A stretch of DNA of 64,000 bases from Candidatus Latescibacterota bacterium (GTDB taxonomy: Bacteria > Latescibacterota > UBA2968 > UBA8231). Below, piece after piece: positions 50,201 through 59,629 of this stretch. The notes beneath the pieces were generated by a model. The model had not been told where the DNA came from and ran no database searches. It worked only from the letters and a program-made list of their open reading frames with translations. The stretch lies in assembly GCA_965243025.1 (NCBI GenBank), contig CBDETY010000003.1:3776001-3840000 (forward strand). Direction: 5' to 3'. The position numbers and the translations under genes were made by a program. Position 1 is the first letter of the stretch; every line of letters starts with the position of its first letter.

Positions 50201-51277
50201 ATGGCTGACAAGGCAAGAATCGGCATCATCGGCACCGGGTGGTGGGCGACGACCGCCCACTTCCCCGCCGTCCTCGCCCACCCCGATGCGGAGCTGGCCG
50301 CCGCCGCGGACCTCCGTCCCGATATCCTGGCGAAGGCCGCCGAAGCGTACGGGGTCGAGCGCACCTACACCGACTACCGCGAGATGCTGGAGAAGGAGCG
50401 GCTCGACGGAGCCGTCGTCGCCGTCTGGCACGCGAAGCATTTCGAGGTCGCCCGCACCTGCCTGGAGGCCGGCCTGCACGTCATGCTGGAAAAGCCGATG
50501 GTGCTGCGCGCCGCCCACGCCCGCGAGCTGGTCGAGCTTTCCAGGGCGAAGGGCCGCGAGCTGATCGTCGGCTACCCCTGGCACTTCACGCCGCATACCC
50601 TGCGCGCCAGGGAGGTCGTGCAGACCGGGGAGCTCGGCCCGGTCCTGCTCGTCAACTCCGTCTTCGCCTCGATGGTGCTGCAGTTCCTGCGCGGCGACGA
50701 CCGGACCTACAGGCCGCGCTTCGACTACCCCGTCGTCGGTCCCGGGGACGTGTACGCCGACATCGAGAAGTCCGGGGGCGGCCAGGGCCACCTGCAGGTG
50801 ACCCACTCGGCGGGGCTGGCCCTGTTCGTCACCGGGGCGAGGCCGGTGCGGACCGCCGCCCTGATGGAGAACCTCGACGTCGCCACCGACGTGGTCGACG
50901 CCATATCGGCGCGCCTCGACAACGGCGCCCTCGCCTCGGTCGCCAGCACCGGCGCCATCCGCCACGGCGACCCGGAGTGGCTGCGCACCGACATCGTCTG
51001 CGAGCAGGGACAGGTCTCGCTCGATTCCCTCGCGGGCACCGGAAGCATCACCCACCCCGACCACAGCGTCGAAACCCTCGAGCCGCTGGCCGGGGATGAC
51101 GCGATCTACCCGATGCAGGCCACCGCCTCGAACCTCGTGGACGTGATCACAGGATCTGCGGAGAACGGCTCGCCCGCTGAGGTGGGATGGCGAACCGTCG
51201 AGCTGCTCGACTCTGCCTACCGCTCCGCCGCAGGAGGGGGGCGGCCGGTCGATGTGGAGGAACTTTACTCCGAATAG
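50201..51277 (+). CDS. Gfo/Idh/MocA family oxidoreductase
   Basis: GIIGTGWW, LEKP, SGGGQG...TH. Confidence 0.9.
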   Translation: MADKARIGIIGTGWWATTAHFPAVLAHPDAELAAAADLRPDILAKAAEAYGVERTYTDYREMLEKERLDGAVVAVWHAKHFEVARTCLEAGLHVMLEKPMVLRAAHARELVELSRAKGRELIVGYPWHFTPHTLRAREVVQTGELGPVLLVNSVFASMVLQFLRGDDRTYRPRFDYPVVGPGDVYADIEKSGGGQGHLQVTHSAGLALFVTGARPVRTAALMENLDVATDVVDAISARLDNGALASVASTGAIRHGDPEWLRTDIVCEQGQVSLDSLAGTGSITHPDHSVETLEPLAGDDAIYPMQATASNLVDVITGSAENGSPAEVGWRTVELLDSAYRSAAGGGRPVDVEELYSE

Positions 51278-51472
51278 ATACAGCTATATCCAAGTGGGAA
51301 TCCGGCAGGTAGTTTTTGCGGCGGTTGTGGATTGCGGATGGCGCCGGATCCGGAAAAGCAGCAACCGAAGCAACGGGGTGCAGGATGGCGGCAGTTGCAC
51401 CCGGAATGAAACCAACCCCCTAAAACGCCCCGCCCTGGTGCGTGTCGACCCCCCGGCTGCTGCCCCCGGGAC

Positions 51473-52396
51473 TCACCCCGCCGGGCCGAAGTGCTCCCCC
51501 CAGTTTCTGCCGAGCTCGACCCCTGACTTCACCAGCATCGCCAGCTCGGTTTCCTCCAGCGGCTCGTACCCGCAGGCCAGCTCGATGTTCTGCTCGATCT
51601 CCTCTTCCCGGTACATCCCGATGACGTTGACCGCCACCCCGGGCAGGTCGAGACAGTAGCGGAAGGCGCGCTCGTAGTCGGAAAAGCCGTGGACGGCCAT
51701 GGCGGTGGGGCGGAAGCGCTCCTCCCCGTCGAGTTCGTACTTCATCTCCGAGGCGCCGCCGTACACCTTCATCGCCGCGACCCCGGTGTCCTGGGCGCGC
51801 GCCAGCGGCAGCACCTTCTCCTCGAAGTTGTAGGTGTGGCGGTCCCCCGGGTTCAGGGCGAACATGCCGACGTCGACGTCGGCGGACTTCAGGATGCGGG
51901 CGGAGTGGTCGGGCATGTGGTGGGCGGTGATGCCGACGAAGCGGGTCATGCCCCGCCGCTGCGCCTCGCGCAATCCGGCGAGCGACCCCTTGTCAGACAA
52001 CACCCCCTCCGGGTCGAGGTTGCCGACGCTGTGGACGTACACGAGGTCGAGCCGGTCGATGCGCAGGTCCTTCAGGCTCTGCTCGACGATGCGCAGGGCC
52101 TCGTCGTACTCGGCGGTGTACGCCTTGCTGACGAGAAACAGCCCCTCGCGGTGCGGCGGCAGGACCTCGCCGAGCTGCCGGTGGGCGCCGCCGTACCCGG
52201 GCGCGGTGTCGAAATAGGTGATCCCCAGGTCGAGGGCGCGCTGGTAGAGGGCGATGGCGTCGTCGTCCTTCATGCCGAGGCCGCCCGGCCCGGTCCCCAG
52301 GCCCAGCACCGGGACCAGCTCGCCGGTCTTCCCGAGCAGGCGCTGCGGAATGCTCCGGACTCGGGGGGTTTGCTCAGTTGCGGTGGTTGCGGTCAT
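51473..52396 (-). CDS. Aldo/keto reductase
   Basis: LGKTG, FDTAPGY, SK, LDLVYVH, AMK; start ATG 52396 overlaps the rhodanese stop. Confidence 0.9.
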   Translation of the reverse strand: MTATTATEQTPRVRSIPQRLLGKTGELVPVLGLGTGPGGLGMKDDDAIALYQRALDLGITYFDTAPGYGGAHRQLGEVLPPHREGLFLVSKAYTAEYDEALRIVEQSLKDLRIDRLDLVYVHSVGNLDPEGVLSDKGSLAGLREAQRRGMTRFVGITAHHMPDHSARILKSADVDVGMFALNPGDRHTYNFEEKVLPLARAQDTGVAAMKVYGGASEMKYELDGEERFRPTAMAVHGFSDYERAFRYCLDLPGVAVNVIGMYREEEIEQNIELACGYEPLEETELAMLVKSGVELGRNWGEHFGPAG

Positions 52397-52821
52397 GGTT
52401 CCTCCCCTTTCTGCATGGCCTGCCCGGCGTTCCCGGCCGCGGGTTCCACTATCGGACACCCCGCTTCGGTCCAGCCGCGGTAGCCGCCGTCCATGGAAAT
52501 CACGTTGGCGTATCCCATCTTCCGCAAGCTGTCGGCGGCAAGGGCCGAGCGGTAGCCGCCGCCGCAGTACAGGACGATCTCCTCCCCGTAGTCGGGGAAG
52601 TGCTCCTCGATGTCCCGTTCGATGATGCCGCGGCCGAGGTGGAAGGCCCCGGGCAGATGCCCTTCAGCCCACTCGCTCTCCTCGCGGACGTCGACAAGAT
52701 GGAACTTCTCGCCCGAATCGATCCGCTCCCTGACCGCGGCGACGGTCGTCTCGCGGATGCGGCTCCTCGCGTCCTCGGCGAGCTTCTTGAAACGCTCGGT
52801 GTGTTCCTTGTGCAGGGCCAT
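52393..52821 (-). CDS. Single-domain rhodanese
   Basis: LVDVRE..EW..GHLPGA, LYCGGGYRSALAA, MDGGYRGW; start MALHKEH with AGGAG RBS. Confidence 0.9.
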   Translation of the reverse strand: MALHKEHTERFKKLAEDARSRIRETTVAAVRERIDSGEKFHLVDVREESEWAEGHLPGAFHLGRGIIERDIEEHFPDYGEEIVLYCGGGYRSALAADSLRKMGYANVISMDGGYRGWTEAGCPIVEPAAGNAGQAMQKGEEP

Positions 52822-52893
52822 GGAATCTCCTGTGGCGGAAACTCGATTTCGTTTCGGAATACAGTTCGTCCGAGAAGGTACCCCGACCTGATT

Positions 52894-53075
52894 CCGCCGG
52901 TCCATCCTCGGGCACCCGGGTACCGAATCAGGGTCAGCCTGCCAGTTCCCCGTCCTGTCCGGCCGTCCCGCCGGTCTATCCCCGCGCGCCTGGGAGTCGG
53001 TCCGGGGATTCCGCCCACTAGGTCTCCGTCCGATCCGGCCGTCCCGCCGGTCCATCCTCGCGTCCCCGGGAGCCG
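52894..53075. repeat. Three degenerate direct repeats, period about 74-76 bp
   Basis: CCGCCGGTCCATCCTCGGGCACCCGGG (52894), CCGCCGGTCTATCCCCGCGCGCCTGGG (about 52968), CCGCCGGTCCATCCTCGCGTCCCCGGG (about 53044). Confidence 0.7.
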
Positions 53076-53125
53076 CCGGTCGGCGGTTCCCCTCATCCGG
53101 GCAGGCGACTGGCCGGCAACCAGCG

Positions 53126-54082
53126 CTACTCACCCAGCGAGCGGTAGGCCTCGAAGACGATCTGCAGGTCGCGGCGCGCGCGCGCCAGGTTCGAGTAGGG
53201 CGAACGGCCGCGGTCCTCCAGGCAGGAAAGGAAATCCTCCATCATCCCGGCGTAGCCCATCATGTCGCCGAAGCCGGGGAACTCCAGAGCCCGGCGGCGC
53301 TTCGAGCGCACGCAGTGGTATATCCCGTTGCTCTCGAACACCACCCCGCCCTCGCTGCCGGCGATGCGGGAATGCTGGAATATCCCCTGAGTCGGGGACG
53401 GCACGTTCCAGGCGTAGCGGATCTCCGCCCGCGGTCCGCCCGGCACCTCGAGCGCGACCACGGCATGGCGCTCCACCTCGTCGCTGCCCCGGCCGGGGAA
53501 CTCCGCCCCGAGCAGACGCGGCATGCCGCACTCGCTTCCGGCGGCCGCGTCGAGCAGGTCGGCGGCCAGGGCGACGAAATGGATCCCCCCCTCCAGCAGC
53601 GACCCGTGGGCGGCGCGCCACCCCGAAACCTTCTGCTGCTTCAGCTTCTTCACCTCGATGCGCTCGATCACGCCGAGGTCCCCGGAGCTGATGTGCTGCT
53701 TCAGCTTCAGCAGCGAGGGTTTGTAGTAGTAGTTCTCGGCGACCATCAGGGTGGTTCCCGGATGCCGGGCGGCGGCCTCTTCCATGCGGAGGAGCTGGTC
53801 GGGCTCGTGGCAGAGCGGTTTCTCGACGAGGACCGCGGAGACCCCGGAAGCCAGTGCGGCGACCGTCTCGGTCTCGTGCCGTTCCGGGGGCGTGGCGATA
53901 ACCACCCCGTCCGCCCTTTCGAGAAGCTCCTCCCAGGTCGCGCACACCTCGCCGCCGAACTCCCGGGCGAACTCCTCGGCCCGGGCCCGGGTGCGGTTGA
54001 AAAACAGCAGACCCGCCCGGCCCCGCAGGTTTCCGGCGTGCTTCCTGCCGATGGCGCCGCAGCCGGCGAGGCCGACCCGCAT
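53126..54082 (-). CDS. Gfo/Idh/MocA family oxidoreductase
   Basis: MRVGLAGCG, VEKP, LLEGGIH; TGATG coupling to the GMC gene. Confidence 0.88.
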   Translation of the reverse strand: MRVGLAGCGAIGRKHAGNLRGRAGLLFFNRTRARAEEFAREFGGEVCATWEELLERADGVVIATPPERHETETVAALASGVSAVLVEKPLCHEPDQLLRMEEAAARHPGTTLMVAENYYYKPSLLKLKQHISSGDLGVIERIEVKKLKQQKVSGWRAAHGSLLEGGIHFVALAADLLDAAAGSECGMPRLLGAEFPGRGSDEVERHAVVALEVPGGPRAEIRYAWNVPSPTQGIFQHSRIAGSEGGVVFESNGIYHCVRSKRRRALEFPGFGDMMGYAGMMEDFLSCLEDRGRSPYSNLARARRDLQIVFEAYRSLGE

Positions 54083-55575
54083 CACGCCGCGCCTCCGGCG
54101 ACAGCGTCGGCCACGCGCAGGGCGTTGGCGGCGATGGTGAGACTCGGGTTGACGCCCCCCGAGGCCGGGAAGCAGCTGCCGTCGACGACGTGGAGGTTCC
54201 CGATCCCCCAGACGCGGCAGTCGCGGTCGAGGGCGCCCTGTTCGGGGGAGCCGGCGCAGCGCACCGTGCCGACCGCGTGGGAGAAGGTGTCGATCTCGTA
54301 GAACCGCGTCTTCCACGCCCCGGCCGCCCTGAGCACGCGGCGGGCCTGGTCGGCGAGGAAGTCCCGGCGCTCGAGGTCCGCGGCGCTGTACTCGTGGTCG
54401 ACGCGGGGAACCTCCACCCCCCAGTCGTCCCTGCCGCTGCTAAGGCGCACGGCGTTCTCGAAACGCGGCTCGTCCTCGGCGATGCACAGCAGGTTCTGCA
54501 TGAAGGGGCTGAAGGCCCCGGCGATCCGCTTGAGCCCGAAAGGAGCGAAGTGGGAGATCACCTCGCCCGACGGGGTGTAGATATCCTGGATGACCCCGGC
54601 GGCGGTGCCGTGGCGGGCGCGGAAGCGCTCGTAGAACTCGGTGAAGCAGAGCTGCTTGTGGAAGAGGTTGCCGGGGTTGGTGCGGAACGGGAAGACCCCG
54701 GCGACCACCCCGTTGCAGTGCCGCATCAGGCAGCGGCCGATCCACCGGGCCCCGGGCGAGTCGAGGCGGGACCGCAGCAGCAGGGCCGGGGTATGCAGGG
54801 CTCCGGCGGCGAGGAAGAAACGCTCCCCTTCGAGACGGCGCGTCCCGGGCTCGCCGGCGACGGCCACCGCGTGCAGGGCCTCGGCGCGGTCACCCGAGAC
54901 CTCCAGGTGGGTGGCCGCCAGGCCGGCGACGATCTCGAGCCCGGCCTCCTGCCCGAGGCGCAGCGCCGTCGCCGTCATGTCGTTCTTGGCCTCGATCCGG
55001 CACGGGAACCCGTCGCAGGTCGAGCAGCGGATGCATTGCGGCCGTTCCGGATCGTCGAAGTTGATGGCCATCGGCAGGGGAAACGGTTTGAGGCCGAGCC
55101 GTTCGGCGGCCGAGCGGATGCGCCGGGCAGGGGGGGCGAGCTCGACCGGGGCCCGCGGATAGTCAGTGGACCGGGGCGGCTCGCAGGGGTCGGCGCCGGC
55201 CTGCCCGTGAACGGCCAGCAGGTCCTCGGCCTCGGTGTAACAGGGCTCCAGCTCACCGTAGGAGATCGGCCATTTCTCGAAATCGGTTTCACGCAGGCGC
55301 AGGGAGGCCCCGCCGAAAAAGACCGAGTTGCCGCCGACCACCTCGTTGGGATGGAGCGGCTCGGCTTCTCTGGCCCCGTACTGGCGCACGGACACCGGGG
55401 AAGCGGATTGGTACCGCTTCTCGATCAGGATTCCCCGCTGGCTCCAGTCCCTTTCGTCCCGGCGCGGCCAGCCGCCGCGCTCGACCAGGAGGGTCTTCAG
55501 GCCGGCGCGGACAAGGCGCCAGGCGGCGCAGGCCCCGCCGAACCCGGAACCGACGATGACGGCATCGTATTTCAC
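54082..55575 (-). CDS. GMC family flavoprotein oxidoreductase
   Basis: VGSGFGG, CIRCSTCDGFPC, HAVGT, DGS.FP..GGVNPSLTIAA. Confidence 0.9.
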   Translation of the reverse strand: MKYDAVIVGSGFGGACAAWRLVRAGLKTLLVERGGWPRRDERDWSQRGILIEKRYQSASPVSVRQYGAREAEPLHPNEVVGGNSVFFGGASLRLRETDFEKWPISYGELEPCYTEAEDLLAVHGQAGADPCEPPRSTDYPRAPVELAPPARRIRSAAERLGLKPFPLPMAINFDDPERPQCIRCSTCDGFPCRIEAKNDMTATALRLGQEAGLEIVAGLAATHLEVSGDRAEALHAVAVAGEPGTRRLEGERFFLAAGALHTPALLLRSRLDSPGARWIGRCLMRHCNGVVAGVFPFRTNPGNLFHKQLCFTEFYERFRARHGTAAGVIQDIYTPSGEVISHFAPFGLKRIAGAFSPFMQNLLCIAEDEPRFENAVRLSSGRDDWGVEVPRVDHEYSAADLERRDFLADQARRVLRAAGAWKTRFYEIDTFSHAVGTVRCAGSPEQGALDRDCRVWGIGNLHVVDGSCFPASGGVNPSLTIAANALRVADAVAGGAA

Positions 55576-55617
55576 TGAACAGTCTCCGCCGTGGAATCAG
55601 GCGGAAACCGGCGGCGA

Positions 55618-56442
55618 TTACAAGGCGCGCACCTCGACGACGTAGAGCACCGCGAGGGCGGCGATGATCACCAGGGCGAGGTAATGGAACTTCTCGCGGG
55701 TCCGGACGAACTGCTCGAGGCGTTGGAGATCCGGGCGGAACTTCCCGGACATGTTGCGCTGCACGTAGGTCTTGTAGTATTCAATGGAAAAGCGCTCGAG
55801 GCCCCCGTTCATGTAGATGAGAAACCCGGCAGAAACCGGGGCGGCGGGGTCGTTGAGGAAGTAGAACAGCGGGCTGAGAAGGGCCAGGACGATCCCGGAC
55901 CGCTGGAACTTCAGCGGTTTGAACCCCTCGAACGGAGCGTCCTTGTAAGCACCCCCGAGGGACACCACGAGGCCGGTTGCATAAGCGATGAGGAGGAACC
56001 AGAGGAAGCGGTCGACCGGGACATCTATCAGGGTCACAGCGAAAACCGCTGCGACGATAACGGTGCCGACGGAGTAACGAAGGAGGTCGCTCTCGACGTG
56101 GCGCCCGAAAAAGGTGATTCGGGAGGGGACGAAGTACTTCTCCTGGTCTTCGGACCGGAAAAACCCCTTGTAGATCTCGGCGAGGAAGCGCTCGATCCCC
56201 ATGACCAGGAAGAACAGCTGAAACATTCCGATCCCCTCCAGCCGGTGAGTGAACGGGGGAAGGAGATACAGCACCAGAAAAATGGCGAGGCTGAACCAGA
56301 TGCTGCGGGGGAAGGTGCGCGGCTTTAACCCCTCAAAGGGGGAATCCTTGAAGGCGCCCCAGAGAGAGGTGTAGAGGCCAGACAGAACCACAACGATAAG
56401 GAGAACGGTTAAGGACATTTTTTCTGGAATGGAAAACCACAA
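55618..56442 (-). CDS. Hypothetical polytopic membrane protein with an internal two-fold repeat
   Basis: SLWGAFKDSPFEGLKP..F.RS and SLGGAYKDAPFEGFKP..F.RS; ERF..E.YK occurs twice. Confidence 0.75.
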   Translation of the reverse strand: MWFSIPEKMSLTVLLIVVVLSGLYTSLWGAFKDSPFEGLKPRTFPRSIWFSLAIFLVLYLLPPFTHRLEGIGMFQLFFLVMGIERFLAEIYKGFFRSEDQEKYFVPSRITFFGRHVESDLLRYSVGTVIVAAVFAVTLIDVPVDRFLWFLLIAYATGLVVSLGGAYKDAPFEGFKPLKFQRSGIVLALLSPLFYFLNDPAAPVSAGFLIYMNGGLERFSIEYYKTYVQRNMSGKFRPDLQRLEQFVRTREKFHYLALVIIAALAVLYVVEVRAL

Positions 56443-56492
56443 TGATGAATACTATCCTAGCGAAAAAAACCGGTCTCCGCAACCTTTAAACT

Positions 56493-57359
56493 TTACCATT
56501 CGAAGAGGGAAGGAATAGCCGGATTATCTCCAGGAGATCGGACACCCAGGAGATATCCCAGGAGGCCGCCGATAAAATCAGAGCCGTTTGGAATTCCGTG
56601 AACCAACATACATAGCAAAATATTCCCCCTTCGGTCATACAGATATGCCGCTATAAAAGCAAAGAGGAGAATAAAGACAATATGAAAATAACTCAGGGAA
56701 TTAAATCCCAAAGGAATAAAAGATACGAAGTGATAGAACAGAAAGATAAAGGAAGACCCTACGTAGGCGATAAACCTGTTTCCTTTCCAATTGTACAATG
56801 CCACAAAAATTATGCCGCGATATATTGGCTCTTCAACCAATGGATATAATATTGATTTAAGAATTAGTGCGTAAAACATAAACAGGAAAAAAAGTGGTTC
56901 TTCAAACCTGTATCCTTCCCTCAAAGAAGGGAGGATTCTAACCGAACCGAGAATCAATCCAACACAAGACCATATGACAATATCCCATACAGAGGGAATT
57001 CGACAAAAAAACATCTTCTGGATTGGTATGCGGGCGAAATATTTAATGAGGGACAAAACGAAAATGGCGATAAAGATATAAAGTGCAATCAGATTATATC
57101 CATCTTCAAAGGAGTCAACGTCGGGGTCAAGACCTAAATAGATTGCAACATCAATAATCATCGAGGGGAGAACGAACAACATCCCGGATAGTATGAAACC
57201 CCTTTTGACTGAAATATTGACTGCTTCGGGCCAAGCTGAAAAATTGCTGGCGCATGGTTTAGTTTCCCGAACCATTTCCGTCTCCGTTTCGAGATTGGGC
57301 ATTAACCTTGATTTATTTAATCTGGGACAGGACCAACCTTCGGTATGGCCCTGTCCCAT
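56493..57359 (-). CDS. CPBP (Abi / type II CAAX) intramembrane metalloprotease
   Basis: PLVEEPIYRG, FLFYH, LVHGIPN; many TM helices; AT-rich; start uncertain. Confidence 0.85.
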   Translation of the reverse strand: MGQGHTEGWSCPRLNKSRLMPNLETETEMVRETKPCASNFSAWPEAVNISVKRGFILSGMLFVLPSMIIDVAIYLGLDPDVDSFEDGYNLIALYIFIAIFVLSLIKYFARIPIQKMFFCRIPSVWDIVIWSCVGLILGSVRILPSLREGYRFEEPLFFLFMFYALILKSILYPLVEEPIYRGIIFVALYNWKGNRFIAYVGSSFIFLFYHFVSFIPLGFNSLSYFHIVFILLFAFIAAYLYDRRGNILLCMLVHGIPNGSDFIGGLLGYLLGVRSPGDNPAIPSLFEW

Positions 57360-57399
57360 AACAATATCTCGGACTAGACCCGAGAGTTAATCACCGACG

Positions 57400-57777
57400 C
57401 TATCCTTGCGGCCTTTTCCGATGCCCGTCTCCTTCACCAGAACTTCCTGTGGAGGGATCATAAAAGGGATTTCCATCCCTAGGGATACCACCGGAGCCTC
57501 CCCCACTTTCGCGGTGCTTGATTGTTATACCTATTTCCACGCCCGTACCGCCGGAAAGTCCAAACGTTGTACTTTCCCCATTGCTTTGGACTTTAATCGG
57601 GGACTTCATCGCCCAATGAAATTTAAGAGGGCCGACCTCAACCGTATCGGTAGCTACCGTCCCATGATCTACCGCATTGTCACCCAATTCGGACATTTTA
57701 TCCATGAGATTTTTTTCGGCATTATACGCGACGAATTCGCGGTTGTTTTTCCGAAATGGTTTGATCATTGCTTTCAT
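57400..57777 (-). CDS. Small Gly/Ser-rich hypothetical protein, candidate exported substrate or precursor
   Basis: AAAGGA RBS; 125 aa, no Cys, no signal peptide; LSGG and SGGGSGG; lies between the ABC and CPBP genes. Confidence 0.6.
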   Translation of the reverse strand: MKAMIKPFRKNNREFVAYNAEKNLMDKMSELGDNAVDHGTVATDTVEVGPLKFHWAMKSPIKVQSNGESTTFGLSGGTGVEIGITIKHRESGGGSGGIPRDGNPFYDPSTGSSGEGDGHRKRPQG

Positions 57778-57889
57778 GAAATTTCCTTTGATTTATATAA
57801 ATATATCAGGGGGGGGTTAGATAGTTCATAGTCAATGTTTTTCTCCTTATACGAACCTCCTCTCTTTTATGTGAAACTGCCCAATTCGA

Positions 57890-59629
57890 TTAAATCCGGG
57901 CCGTTCTTTCAAAAAGTTCCCAATAGGCACCTCCTTTCTGGATCAGGTAATCGTGGTTACCCTGTTCAACTATTCTGCCCCTCTCCAACACCACAATCTG
58001 ATCTGCCCTCCGAATCGTTGAGAGCCGGTGCGCGATCATTATCGTCGTTCGTCCGGCCAGCACCATCCTCAAACCCTCCTGGACATTGTACTCGGATTCC
58101 TCGTCAAGGTTCGAAGTCGGCTCATCCAAAATCAGAATTCGAGAATCCATCAGCAATGCACGGGCAAGGGCGATCCGCTGTTTCTGTCCTTCCGAAAATT
58201 TGACCCCCTGTTCTCCAACCACCGTTTCGTACCCTTCTGGAAGTGAGGCTACGAACTCATGAATGCAGGCGACTTCGGCCGCTTCTTCTACCAGATTCTG
58301 GGGAATATCTCGATGAAATCTCAGGTTTTCCATAATGCTTCCCTGAAACAAGGTACTGCCCTGTAAAGCAAAGCCAACCTGCTGCCTCAGCGATCTCAAT
58401 CCGACTTCCCGGACATTCTGGTTGTCAATCCGGATCTCACCTTCCATGGGATCGTAAAATCTTGGAATCATTTTCGCCAGGGTGGATTTTCCAGATCCAC
58501 TTTTCCCTACCAGGGCTACCGTTGTACCCGGTTCAAAAACCAAATTTACCCCGTCGAGTACTTTATTCTCCCCGTCATACGAGAAGCTCACGTTCTTGAA
58601 ATGCACCTCTCCTTCTGTAACTTTCAGACGCGGAGCTTTCGGGACGTTCTGAATTTCCGGTTTTTCATTGTACACTTCCAAAAATCGACCCGTGTGCACA
58701 AGGGTCAGTTCGATGGTTCGGACCAACTCAATCAAATTTCTTATCGGTCCATATAAATACCCCACGTAAGCTGTAAATGCCATAAAACTCCCTATTGACA
58801 TTGTTCCCTTCAGGATCTGGGACCAGCCATACCAGCTGTATGCCAACGTCCCTCCCGTATTGATCAATCCCCCAATAAACCCTGAACCTCCTTGGAACAG
58901 TGTCGACTTGACGCTCAGCCTGGAAATTGCCGAAAACAGGCTCTCCAATTTTCCATAAAATCCAGCTTCCCATCCAAGAGCCTGCACCGTCCGGATACCG
59001 TGAATGGATTCGTAATTTTTTGCGGATAATTCCGCAGTTTTTTTTGTCAACTTCTCAGAGAATCTCCGTAAGTATTTCCGCGTCACTAAAACCAATAAGG
59101 TATCAAAAGGCAAAACTGCCAAGCTGATAAGTGCCAATTTCCAGTTTATCAGGAAAAGGATTGGGGGGAAAATCAGTAACTGGAGGGTATTCATTAGCGA
59201 TGTATTGATTATCCCGACTATGTTTCCCACTGAAGATCTCATGTCCCTGAACCTGGACAATATCTCACCCGTCTCCCTTTGGTCGAAAAAACTGAAATCC
59301 ATTGACTGGATATGCCTGTAAAACAGGGACTGAAAATCGAATCCCATGCGGATACCCACGCACTGAGCGAAGTAATCCCCCAAAAAACCCATTCCACCTA
59401 GTCCTATCGATATTAAAGCACCCAGCAACAAAGCAAATGCCAACAAATCCCAATCCTGGTTGGGATATACGTCGTCAATCAGGATTTTCGTAAAATAAGG
59501 GCCCGGAATTTGCAACAGCATCGTCAACACAGCGACCAAAAGAGCCTGTCCGATGTATCCCCAATATGGCCGTAAAAGCTTCAGGATCTGGACTATCTGA
59601 CCCACCTGACCGCTCCCGTTTCCCCTCAA
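57890..59629 (-). CDS. ABC exporter (TMD + NBD), bacteriocin/T1SS type, without C39 peptidase domain
   Basis: FFDQRETGEILSRF.D, GKSGSGKST, FSEGQKQR, LDEPTS, IAHRLST. Confidence 0.92.
   Translation of the reverse strand: MRGNGSGQVGQIVQILKLLRPYWGYIGQALLVAVLTMLLQIPGPYFTKILIDDVYPNQDWDLLAFALLLGALISIGLGGMGFLGDYFAQCVGIRMGFDFQSLFYRHIQSMDFSFFDQRETGEILSRFRDMRSSVGNIVGIINTSLMNTLQLLIFPPILFLINWKLALISLAVLPFDTLLVLVTRKYLRRFSEKLTKKTAELSAKNYESIHGIRTVQALGWEAGFYGKLESLFSAISRLSVKSTLFQGGSGFIGGLINTGGTLAYSWYGWSQILKGTMSIGSFMAFTAYVGYLYGPIRNLIELVRTIELTLVHTGRFLEVYNEKPEIQNVPKAPRLKVTEGEVHFKNVSFSYDGENKVLDGVNLVFEPGTTVALVGKSGSGKSTLAKMIPRFYDPMEGEIRIDNQNVREVGLRSLRQQVGFALQGSTLFQGSIMENLRFHRDIPQNLVEEAAEVACIHEFVASLPEGYETVVGEQGVKFSEGQKQRIALARALLMDSRILILDEPTSNLDEESEYNVQEGLRMVLAGRTTIMIAHRLSTIRRADQIVVLERGRIVEQGNHDYLIQKGGAYWELFERTARI

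Noticed and set aside
52860-53120. Functional CRISPR array
   Set aside because: Only three degenerate units, wrong period, partly similar spacers and no cas genes; kept as a low-confidence repeat.
57805-57850. G8 tract as a phase-variable switch extending the 125-aa ORF from an upstream TTG
   Set aside because: A TAA in the ORF's own frame lies between the tract and the ATG, so no tract length fuses them; the TTGACT-to-TATATT spacing (24 nt) is also too long for sigma70.
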